Positions 29,597-38,466 of a DNA stretch of 64,000 bases are shown in pieces; position 1 is the first letter of the stretch, and each line of letters begins with the position of its first letter. The DNA comes from an uncultured bacterium (lineage in GTDB: Bacteria; Fidelibacterota; Marinisomatia; Marinisomatales; JABMOV01). The translations under genes and the position numbers were made by a program. The notes beneath the pieces are model-generated. The model was given only the letters and a program-made list of their open reading frames with translations, searched no databases and was not told the DNA's origin. The stretch covers positions 899 to 64,898 of the forward strand of contig CAZZIU010000014.1 in the NCBI GenBank assembly GCA_964654545.1. Reading direction: 5' to 3'.

Positions 29597-32500
29597 ATGA
29601 AAATAAAAACGTTATTAATTCTTTTGGTTCTGGTCTCCGTATCCTTTGGACAGGTGCTTACAATTGGAGAAGCGCGGGCAATGGATGTGGGCGATACAGT
29701 TACCGTAGAAGGAATTGTCACGACTCCTAGCTGGTCAACCGGTTATACGAGTTATCAGATTCAAGATGAAACAGGCGGATTGAATCTGTTCTATTACAGT
29801 CAGTATGTGGCACTTTCCATGGGGGATTTGGTTCAGGTCACCGGATACATTGAGTTGTACAACGGCTTATTGGAAATTATTGCCCTTGACGCTGCATCAA
29901 TCTCTATCGTCAGTTCGGGGAATGCATTACCAGAATCGCAACCATTGACACTATCCGCCCTCCTGAGCGATCCCGAATCATTCGAGTCTGAACTGGTGAC
30001 AATATATAATGCATCTGTTACGGGTGGTACCTGGCCGGCAGAAGGAAGCAGTGCCACGCTTCAAATTTCAGACGATGGTGGAAGCAATCAAGTTGATTTA
30101 CGAATTGATAGTGATACGGATGTTGATGGAAGTACAGAACCGACATGGCCCATGGTGATTACAGGAGTTTTGAGCCAATACGATGGATCTGCTCCTTATG
30201 ATGAAGGTTACCAGATTATGCCCAGAGCGTTAACCGATATTGGTGATCCACCGGCTGGTGTGTCCACCATGGCTGAAGCACGCGCAGATTCTGGTGGAAC
30301 CCATACGGTAAGAGGCTTTGTGAACACTCCACCCTTTGCGTTCTCCAGAACCGATGTGGGATTTCAAGATGCTACAGGTGGATTAAATCTCTTTGTCTAT
30401 AGTCAATATATGTCTACCCTTGAAGTTGGTGATTATATTGAAGCAACCGGTACCGTTATGGATTATAATGGGAAACGTGAACTAAGCTGTGCTGATACCA
30501 CTGCAATCACCATCCTGTATAAAGGATCAACAGTACCACCTGCAATGACTATGACAATCTCAGAAATATTAGCGGATCCGGAGACAATAGAAGGCATGTT
30601 GGTAAAAGTATTAAATGCCACCTATTCTGGAACCTGGCCAACGGGTAGCGGTAGTTTCGATTTGATTGATCCAACCGATACAATGGCCGTATATATTGAC
30701 AGCGATCAACCAATTGCCGGAATGACTCCACCCACCGGTGCGTTCAATTTGACCGGATGGTTGGGTCAATATTATTCTCATCAGATCATGCCGCGCTATG
30801 AAACGGATGTGGAAACATTTGAAAATCAGGCACCTGTTATTGTAAATGTTAGTTATTCACCGTCACCGGTTTACGATGGGGATGATGTGACAATTACAGC
30901 TGAAATAACAGACGACGGAAATTTTACTGCCACATTAGTATATGATGCTGGAGCTGGCGCAGTTGAAGTTGGTATGACGTATGTATCCGGGGATATGTAC
31001 GAAGCTGTTGTGCCCGGTCAATCCGCTGGAACAACGGTGACCTATCACGTGTCTGTAGATGATGGTGATTTGGTTACTGTATCTGATGATTTATCTTATT
31101 TGGTATTATCCTCTGCAGGTGGAACAGTACCAATTTATGATATTCAATATTCGGAAACCGGACCATCTCCTTTGGATGGAAATGAAGTGACCATTTCGGG
31201 TATTGTGACGGCAGAATTCTGGGGTAGTTCAAGCAATCGGTATCTTTATGTTCAAGATTCAACAGCGGCCTGGTGTGGGATCTACGTGTTTGAATATAGT
31301 GGATGGGACAATTTTGATTTTAATTCATCCACAGGAATTGTCCATTCAGTGGCCGAGGGTGACAGTATTTCTCTTACTGGAACGGTCACAGAATACTACG
31401 GTGTTACGGAAATAACCGATGTTACTCAGGTTACGATTTACGGTGAAGGAACTGTTCCGGATCCCATTGTGGTTACACCTGGTCAGGTTAAAACCGATGG
31501 TACAGAACAGGAAGCCTACGAAGGTGTATTGGTAAAAGTTGAGAACGTGGTTATTGCTGAAGAAGCTAATAACTATGGTGAATGGTTAGTTACCGATGGC
31601 ACAGACACATTAAAAGTAGATGATACCTGGGATTACTACTATTGGGGAAGTATGGGTGATACGTTGGCAGAAATTGTCGGTGTAATGGACTATTCATATA
31701 GCGAAGCCAAACTCCAACCGCGTCTGGCCCGCGATGTTGTGGAATCGGGTAATCGTTCACGCATTCAGCGGATTCAACACGTCCTTTACAGTGATCTATT
31801 GAAAACTGGACGGTTGGGTTCTGATGGTACGATTGATCATTCATCTGACATGTCGTATATGAATATTAATCCAGGCGTGGACACTACCTTTGTACAAATC
31901 AAAGGTATTGTAACCATGCCATCCGAGCTGGGTTACGCAGGAGCTGGTGTGAAAGTGATATACCAGGATATTCATGGTGGACCATGGAGTGGTATTCTTT
32001 CCTATGATCCGGATTCAAGTGCTTTTCCAGTCCTTTGGGAGGGCGACACCGTAGAGGTAACCGGTTATATTTCTGAATATGTTACCGACCACGCAAACAT
32101 GACAGAACTATTTGCAACCGATGTACCCAATGTTGTTGGATTTGGTAGTGGAGAACACAGAACCGGTATCCCAGATCCGGAAGTAGTGGAAGCAGGAGAT
32201 TTACGTTGGCCTGAAACCGCTGAACAGTGGGGCAATGTGTTTGTCCAGTTAAACGACCTTACCGTCACCGATGTAAGAACGAGTAATACTAACGAAGGAA
32301 TGTTCTCAGTATCAGATGGTACTGGTGAAGTGTGGATAGATCATGATTCTTGGGTCTGGTTCGACTGGTGGGAGTTGTATGGTTCTCCAGCCGTTGGCAC
32401 TCAAATAGATTCCATCTATGGATGGGTTTATCACCATTTCCATACCTACAGTGATTCAGGTGTATCCACTTACAAAATCGTTCCACTTTACGAAGAGGAC

Positions 32501-32824
32501 ATCTATTTCACAGATGTATCAAACGACGATGTGAGTGTACTTCCTGATGAATATGCATTGCATCAAAACTATCCGAATCCTTTCAATCCTTCCACACAGA
32601 TACAATTTGATGTGGTATCGGACAGTAAGATAAAATTGGTAGTATATGATGTAATGGGCAGGTACGTTCGCACACTAGTGAATGACAATTTGCCCAGCGG
32701 CAAGTATACTGTCACATGGGATGGTAAAAACAACGCCAGACAATCGGTTAGCAGTGGAGTCTATTTTGTTCGTATGACAACAAAGGACTTTGTATCTGTT
32801 AAAAAAATGAGTCTGGTCAGGTAG
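29597..32824 (+). CDS. T9SS cargo built from four tandem bipartite NucH/ExeM-type beta-barrel units, one Ig-like domain and a CTD; no catalytic domain seen
   Basis: Signal ..VSVSFG|Q. The units span 29651-30244, 30245-30820, 31124-31744 and 31745-32509. Each has the pattern I..(I/A)...G..VT..G.VT...hQD..GG..hF....GD.h.h.G.h..Y.G..Eh, for example VPIYDIQYSETGPSPLDGNEVTISGIVTAEF..YVQDSTAAWCGIYVF..GDSISLTGTVTEYYGVTEI. CTD: YPNPFNPSTQIQF...GVYFVRM...MSLVR. Confidence 0.7.
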   Translation: MKIKTLLILLVLVSVSFGQVLTIGEARAMDVGDTVTVEGIVTTPSWSTGYTSYQIQDETGGLNLFYYSQYVALSMGDLVQVTGYIELYNGLLEIIALDAASISIVSSGNALPESQPLTLSALLSDPESFESELVTIYNASVTGGTWPAEGSSATLQISDDGGSNQVDLRIDSDTDVDGSTEPTWPMVITGVLSQYDGSAPYDEGYQIMPRALTDIGDPPAGVSTMAEARADSGGTHTVRGFVNTPPFAFSRTDVGFQDATGGLNLFVYSQYMSTLEVGDYIEATGTVMDYNGKRELSCADTTAITILYKGSTVPPAMTMTISEILADPETIEGMLVKVLNATYSGTWPTGSGSFDLIDPTDTMAVYIDSDQPIAGMTPPTGAFNLTGWLGQYYSHQIMPRYETDVETFENQAPVIVNVSYSPSPVYDGDDVTITAEITDDGNFTATLVYDAGAGAVEVGMTYVSGDMYEAVVPGQSAGTTVTYHVSVDDGDLVTVSDDLSYLVLSSAGGTVPIYDIQYSETGPSPLDGNEVTISGIVTAEFWGSSSNRYLYVQDSTAAWCGIYVFEYSGWDNFDFNSSTGIVHSVAEGDSISLTGTVTEYYGVTEITDVTQVTIYGEGTVPDPIVVTPGQVKTDGTEQEAYEGVLVKVENVVIAEEANNYGEWLVTDGTDTLKVDDTWDYYYWGSMGDTLAEIVGVMDYSYSEAKLQPRLARDVVESGNRSRIQRIQHVLYSDLLKTGRLGSDGTIDHSSDMSYMNINPGVDTTFVQIKGIVTMPSELGYAGAGVKVIYQDIHGGPWSGILSYDPDSSAFPVLWEGDTVEVTGYISEYVTDHANMTELFATDVPNVVGFGSGEHRTGIPDPEVVEAGDLRWPETAEQWGNVFVQLNDLTVTDVRTSNTNEGMFSVSDGTGEVWIDHDSWVWFDWWELYGSPAVGTQIDSIYGWVYHHFHTYSDSGVSTYKIVPLYEEDIYFTDVSNDDVSVLPDEYALHQNYPNPFNPSTQIQFDVVSDSKIKLVVYDVMGRYVRTLVNDNLPSGKYTVTWDGKNNARQSVSSGVYFVRMTTKDFVSVKKMSLVR

Positions 32825-32835
32825 TTGAAAACAAT

Positions 32836-32867
32836 GCAACGGGTGTTCTTTGATGAACACCCGTTGC
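32836..32867 (+). terminator. 13-bp perfect stem-loop at the operon boundary (candidate terminator, no U-tract)
   Basis: GCAACGGGTGTTC-tttgat-GAACACCCGTTGC begins 12 nt after the stop of the 29597-32824 gene. The following sequence (actcataag) lacks a T-run. Confidence 0.4.
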
Positions 32868-32885
32868 ACTCATAAGTCACACACA

Positions 32886-34676
32886 ATGAATCTAAAACCC
32901 ATGTATAAGTATATTCTTTTGGTTGTGTTATTGTGCATAGTATCCTGCTCTTTATGGGACTATAAAGACAATTCAGATCCCTTGGGCAACCAGTACCCGG
33001 AAACCTTTCTGACACTGGTTGCAGCGGATACCATCTATGTTGTAATTGAAGATATTCTTGAGGTTATAGATACATTAAATGGGACCACGACCTATGATAC
33101 AATTTGGAATTTCAGCATAGGCTCAGAACCAGCAGACACCATGATTGTTGTTGATACACTGGGTAACGCATTCACAACTATTACCACCAGTCAGCAGCCC
33201 TTGAGTTGGTGGGGCGAAGACCCGGACGGTAACGTGACAGGATATTATTACAAGTGGAATACCGATAATGAATGGAGTTGGACAACCAGCGAATCACAAT
33301 TATTCTACGTACCAATTCGAAAGGCGTTGGACGTATTTAGTTTTTCGGTGCGAGCGGTAGATGATGCGGCAAAGTGGGAGTACGACGAGCCAGTTAGCTC
33401 AGAGATAGATAATGAGTACTTTTCTGATGTGGGTGATAGTCTATATGTATATGATTCACATGATGTGGTATTATCCGAGGGGGACCACCCGGGAATTCAA
33501 ACATCCTGGGGAGCTGTTCTTAAAAAGGTGAAAGGAACAGAGATATACAAGCTGGTCCCAACTGATACTTCCGATGCCATAGATCCCACCCCGGCAACTC
33601 TGACATTTCCAATAAGAAATTCACATCCGGAGGTTGAATTTCGCTATGGTAGTAATCCAACTCGAGCTGATCATGGCAGTATTTCCTATACATTTCCCAC
33701 GCGTACTTTTATATGGGATGCATTTGATCTGGACGGGAGAGAGACAATTACCTATTTCTATTATGCTTTGGATGATACCTGCGATACCTGTTGGATAACA
33801 TTGGACGCTCAAGTCCAATCGTCTGTCACATTTCCAAATTCTTTTTCGGTTTTGACACCCGGTGAGCACACCTTTTATCTAAAAGCAAAAGATATTGCCG
33901 GCGCGGAAAGTCCAATGATCCAATTTCCTGATAGCACAAAAATTGACGAGTGTCAAACATGGATTGTTAAGTCGATAACCGGAAACACATTGCTTGTGGA
34001 CGATTTTCCATTGGATGTGGGCAACGATGCTCAACATTGGTATAGCAATGCCCTGGAATCCATATTAGGAACAGACCAATTTTCCATTTGGGAAATTGGT
34101 GATGCCTTACCTTACAGTTCAGTTGACGTTCTGGCAACGTTGTCCTATTTCGATAATATAATATGGTACACAGCATACACACAGAATGAAACCTATAATG
34201 ATGCCAGTGCAAGTATATTAAGCTTTGTGCAAAATGGTGGGAATTTCTTTATTAATGCTACTGAATTAAAGGACACTTCGTTTGTCTGGTTTCCAATCCA
34301 GTCTCGCAGTGTGATAAACCCGAACGGAAGATTTTTCCCCAATCGCATAATCGCTTCACAAGTTCCCGGATTAGATAGTCTGGTTACATCCTTTACGATC
34401 GGTGTGAGAGTAAAGAGTTTTATTCCGGATAGTTCACAATTTGCAACAATTAAAGATTTGTACCACCTATCTGAACCTATTTCGGGTGATGGTTGGACTG
34501 GAACTCCCAATGTTTGCAGTCTAGGTCAGTTGCCGGTTCCGCCAAACGGAATCTCTGGAAAGATAGTTTTATTTTCTATTCCGATGCACACGGGAGCAAA
34601 CCCTACAATGGAGGGTGGCGAAGGATCAGGCGCACACCTATTGGAATACCTGTTGACTCAGGAGTTCATTGAATGA
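32886..34676 (+). CDS. hypothetical surface/periplasmic lipoprotein
   Basis: Internal ATG 32886 gives MNLKPMYKYILLVVLLCIVS|C. It contains Ig-like segments (WWGEDPDGNVTGYYYKWN). ATGA overlap with the downstream TonB-dependent receptor gene. I recognise no family. Confidence 0.5.
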   Translation: MNLKPMYKYILLVVLLCIVSCSLWDYKDNSDPLGNQYPETFLTLVAADTIYVVIEDILEVIDTLNGTTTYDTIWNFSIGSEPADTMIVVDTLGNAFTTITTSQQPLSWWGEDPDGNVTGYYYKWNTDNEWSWTTSESQLFYVPIRKALDVFSFSVRAVDDAAKWEYDEPVSSEIDNEYFSDVGDSLYVYDSHDVVLSEGDHPGIQTSWGAVLKKVKGTEIYKLVPTDTSDAIDPTPATLTFPIRNSHPEVEFRYGSNPTRADHGSISYTFPTRTFIWDAFDLDGRETITYFYYALDDTCDTCWITLDAQVQSSVTFPNSFSVLTPGEHTFYLKAKDIAGAESPMIQFPDSTKIDECQTWIVKSITGNTLLVDDFPLDVGNDAQHWYSNALESILGTDQFSIWEIGDALPYSSVDVLATLSYFDNIIWYTAYTQNETYNDASASILSFVQNGGNFFINATELKDTSFVWFPIQSRSVINPNGRFFPNRIIASQVPGLDSLVTSFTIGVRVKSFIPDSSQFATIKDLYHLSEPISGDGWTGTPNVCSLGQLPVPPNGISGKIVLFSIPMHTGANPTMEGGEGSGAHLLEYLLTQEFIE

Positions 34677-37468
34677 AAATTAAAATCCTGATTCTATTTC
34701 TCCTTGTATACAAGATAATGGCACAGCAAAATGGTTTTATCACTGGGCAGGTGATAGACGGTGAAACAAATGAGCCATTGGTCGGTGTTAACGTATTTGT
34801 AAAAGGAACCTATTTCGGTGCGGCAACAGATATCGATGGATATTATTCTATAGCGAATGTTGCTCCGGGAAGTTATGATGTGGAAACATCCATAATTGGG
34901 TATAAGCTCGTACTGCAGACCGGAATTACTGTACTTCCAGGCGAACATGTACAACTGAATTTTACAATGGAAAAAACAGTACTTGCACTAGGTGAAGAAG
35001 TAGTGGTACTTGGGAAAAAACCATTGTTTGACGTAGATGAAACATCATCCGTATCTCGTATTTCAGCCGATGACATTCAAAACAAAGTAGTGTCCAGCGT
35101 AGAAGATATTTTATCTGAGCAAATTGGAGTGACGAAACAAGACAATGAAATCCATATCCGCGGTGGCAGGATTGATGAAAGCATGTTCATCGTGGATGGG
35201 ATGTCCGTAAAGGATCCGTTATCTGGATATTCTGGTAATTTGTTTATCAATGCAGAAGCAATTGAAGATTTAGAAATAGTAACCGGTGGCTATGATGCCG
35301 AATATGGTCAAGCCATGTCTGGTATTGTAAATATAAAATTGAAGGAAGGACGAGATAGATTTGAGGGTGCATTTAAATATGCCAGCGATAATTTCGGCAT
35401 AGGAAAGAACACATTTTCTGAATCTATTGATGATCGATTTGAATTTAACATTGGCGGTCCGGCTCTCATCTTTGAAAAACTTCCCCATTTCATTGGGATG
35501 GACATGCCCGGTAAATTTTCGTTTTTTATCAATGGATACGGAAAGATTTACGATAGCAATTTACCTGTAGCAAAAAAACTGTACCCACATCGAAACTGGA
35601 GCACAATACCAGGGTTGACTGAATCTCAAACAGATCGGTTACTGGCAAAATTGGCACCAAGGGAAAATAACGATTGGCATGTATTATATAAGTTAACCTG
35701 GGAATTGGATCAAAAACGGAAATTGGCCTTTTCTTATGACATTTCCATGAATATTAATCAGGGCTTTTTCATGCCTCGCGCCTTTTCATCCACGTATTAT
35801 CCTTATGCCTACCAAAAAATTCTTGATAACTACAATACAATAACCCGTGAGACCAGGCTGGGAAACGTGAACTGGGTCCATACCCTGAGCACCCAATCCT
35901 TCTATGAAATCACGGTAGGGCGGTTTATTACAATGGAGCATAGTGCTGTCCAGGATCTTCATTGGACAGAGTACGAAGAAAGACTCGATTTAAATCCTAT
36001 TAATTACACGTTAAAAGATGATGAAGGAAATACCCGTATTACCTACGGTGATGAATTTTATGATACTGGTATGTCACCGGAATGGTACGATACATTTAGT
36101 GACAATTGGCGTATGGATATTGATTGGGTGTATCAAACCCGGACACGCCATAAAATCAAGACCGGCTTAGATCACAATGTATCGGATATCCAGGTTTTGG
36201 ATATTGAAGAACCATGGACGGGGACAACAGGTTTTGGGGTAAACTATGACAGGTACAAGGTGCAAACATTATTTGGCGCACTTTATCTGCAGGATCGTAT
36301 TGTATTTGACGGGATGACACTGAATATTGGAATGCGATATGACTATTGGATGCCTGGTAAATATGTTGAGAATGCATTAAAAGATACAACCAGATCTTCG
36401 TCTACCGAAATCATCAATTGGACGGAGATGAAAGAAACATTCGATAAAGAAACATTTTCCTTCATGGGGTACAGAACCAAAGGTCGGATTAGTCCCAGAT
36501 TTGGAATTTCACATCCGGTAACCAATAACGATGTCCTCTATTTTTATTATGGACATTTTTCACAGCTACCCACTTTTCAGTACGTTTATTCAAAACTTAG
36601 CTCAGGTTCACAATCTACTTATCAGGTATTCGGGAATCCCAATTTGAATCCGAAGACAACTGTCCAGTATGAAATCGGGATAAAACACCGCTTCAGTGAA
36701 GATCAGGTTTTAGAGCTTAAAGCGTATTGGAAAGATATGTTTGATTATGAAACATCGCAGACTATTGTACCGTCCAATCCAAAATTTGCTCACTTGCGAT
36801 TTAACATGTATTTCAATGCAGACTATGCGCGGTCGCGGGGAATAGAATTCATACTCAAAAGCAGGGTCTTACCAAATTGGTTCCTGGATGCCAATATCAA
36901 TTATTCGATTGTGACTGGTAAAAGTTCATCACCCAACGACAATTTATTGGTACAGGCAGGAGAGATACGGGAGAAACCGTTGAATGAGAATTTTATGAGC
37001 TGGGATAGACCACTCCAGTTTTTCTCAAATATTAGTTACAACCACCCCAGTAACTGGGGGTTATCTCTTCGTTTGGAATACAATTCTGGCAGACGATATA
37101 CAGCATCAATCCCAGGGACAAAGGATTATCCGGATGGGTATATTACTGTTGATGGTGTCCAATACTTTATTGGTACAACAGACGATGATAGACCATATTA
37201 TTCCATTAGTAAAATTTCAGAGAAAACCATTGATTTAAAATTGTTTAAATCCTTTCAATTTGACAGGATAAGATTGAAAACATATTTGGAAGTCGAGAAT
37301 CTTCTCAATTATGAAATTCCTAGGAGAGTCAATCCATTTACCGGAGAGGGTTTTGGACCGGGTGAAATATTTTCTTACAGTTTATTGGACGATCCAAATC
37401 CCAATTATGATCCATCAAGAAATCGTCAACCAAGAACCACTACTTTCGGAATCCAGGTGTTGTTTTAA
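34673..37468 (+). CDS. TonB-dependent receptor with an N-terminal carboxypeptidase-regulatory-like domain
   Basis: Signal ..YKIMA|Q. CarbopepD_reg-like block: GFITGQVIDGETNEPLVGVNVFVKGTYFGAATDIDGYYSI..APGSY. Plug: VEDILSEQIGV...IHIRGGR..ESMFIVDGMSVKDP. Long barrel ending TTFGIQVLF. Confidence 0.85.
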   Translation: MKIKILILFLLVYKIMAQQNGFITGQVIDGETNEPLVGVNVFVKGTYFGAATDIDGYYSIANVAPGSYDVETSIIGYKLVLQTGITVLPGEHVQLNFTMEKTVLALGEEVVVLGKKPLFDVDETSSVSRISADDIQNKVVSSVEDILSEQIGVTKQDNEIHIRGGRIDESMFIVDGMSVKDPLSGYSGNLFINAEAIEDLEIVTGGYDAEYGQAMSGIVNIKLKEGRDRFEGAFKYASDNFGIGKNTFSESIDDRFEFNIGGPALIFEKLPHFIGMDMPGKFSFFINGYGKIYDSNLPVAKKLYPHRNWSTIPGLTESQTDRLLAKLAPRENNDWHVLYKLTWELDQKRKLAFSYDISMNINQGFFMPRAFSSTYYPYAYQKILDNYNTITRETRLGNVNWVHTLSTQSFYEITVGRFITMEHSAVQDLHWTEYEERLDLNPINYTLKDDEGNTRITYGDEFYDTGMSPEWYDTFSDNWRMDIDWVYQTRTRHKIKTGLDHNVSDIQVLDIEEPWTGTTGFGVNYDRYKVQTLFGALYLQDRIVFDGMTLNIGMRYDYWMPGKYVENALKDTTRSSSTEIINWTEMKETFDKETFSFMGYRTKGRISPRFGISHPVTNNDVLYFYYGHFSQLPTFQYVYSKLSSGSQSTYQVFGNPNLNPKTTVQYEIGIKHRFSEDQVLELKAYWKDMFDYETSQTIVPSNPKFAHLRFNMYFNADYARSRGIEFILKSRVLPNWFLDANINYSIVTGKSSSPNDNLLVQAGEIREKPLNENFMSWDRPLQFFSNISYNHPSNWGLSLRLEYNSGRRYTASIPGTKDYPDGYITVDGVQYFIGTTDDDRPYYSISKISEKTIDLKLFKSFQFDRIRLKTYLEVENLLNYEIPRRVNPFTGEGFGPGEIFSYSLLDDPNPNYDPSRNRQPRTTTFGIQVLF

Positions 37469-38466
37469 TGGCGTATAGAATCATAATTGCAACATTATTT
37501 CTATCACTAGGTTTGACACAAAATCTGTTTCCGGAACTAGGTGGACAACGGGTTGGGACCTCCATATTTACATTTTTAAAAATTGGAGTTAGTGCACGAG
37601 CATCGGGTATGAGCGACGCCGTCGTATCTTTGGATCAGGATGCCGGTTCAGTGTATTATAATCCGGGTACAATAGCACAATTTAATTCTACAGAATTTTC
37701 AGCATCGAGTATCCGTTGGCCAGCCGATATCAGATATGACTTCTGTAGTATTTCCAGCTCTATTTCCGGAAGGCATTATTTGGGTCTTAATGCTGGCATC
37801 TTGCATATGAAACCTATGCCGGAAACAACGGAATATTTGCCTGACGGAACCGGAAATTATTTTGTTTACCAGGATCATTTTATCGGTTTGACTTATGCAG
37901 CGCGGATGACGGACAGGTTTAGCTTCGGAGTAACAGCAAAGCGGGTTGAGGAAAATCTTGCCGGGAATAAGATGAGCACGGTATTGCTGGATATGGGAAC
38001 CTTCTATTGGACTGGTTTTCACACATTAAAATTTTCTGCGGCACTATCAAATTTTGGATCTCAAACGAAACCGAATGGCACTTTTGCCAAACGATATCTT
38101 GATAGATCTACTGGTGAGGAGACTGTAAATGAATCTGCTGAATTTACCGAATTTTCACCTCCAACAGTTTTTCGAGTTGGAAGTTCAATAGATTTACTGC
38201 ACGATGATCTGCAGGTGTTAACGGTAGCTCTCCAATTGAATCATCCGGTGGATAATTCAGAATCGGTTGTTATAGGGACGGAATATACGATACTAAAAAT
38301 GCTCAGCTTCCGTGCCGGTTACAGGTTTAATCGTGCGGAAGATTTATCAATGGGATTCGGATTATATCTGCCGATTGATACGATGACATTGCGGGCCGAT
38401 TATTCGTATTCAAATTTTAATTATCTGTCTGACCCTACTCGATTTAGTATAGGTTTATCCTTTTAA
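37468..38466 (+). CDS. PorV-like (PorV/PorQ family) outer-membrane beta-barrel protein; the best PorV candidate in the window
   Basis: GTSIFTFLKIGVSARASGMSDAVVSLDQDAGSVYYNPGTIA closely follows the PorV signature (FL.I..dARa.GMgD.gVa....NPA). Ends RFSIGLSF. TAATG overlap with the receptor gene. Confidence 0.65.
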   Translation: MAYRIIIATLFLSLGLTQNLFPELGGQRVGTSIFTFLKIGVSARASGMSDAVVSLDQDAGSVYYNPGTIAQFNSTEFSASSIRWPADIRYDFCSISSSISGRHYLGLNAGILHMKPMPETTEYLPDGTGNYFVYQDHFIGLTYAARMTDRFSFGVTAKRVEENLAGNKMSTVLLDMGTFYWTGFHTLKFSAALSNFGSQTKPNGTFAKRYLDRSTGEETVNESAEFTEFSPPTVFRVGSSIDLLHDDLQVLTVALQLNHPVDNSESVVIGTEYTILKMLSFRAGYRFNRAEDLSMGFGLYLPIDTMTLRADYSYSNFNYLSDPTRFSIGLSF

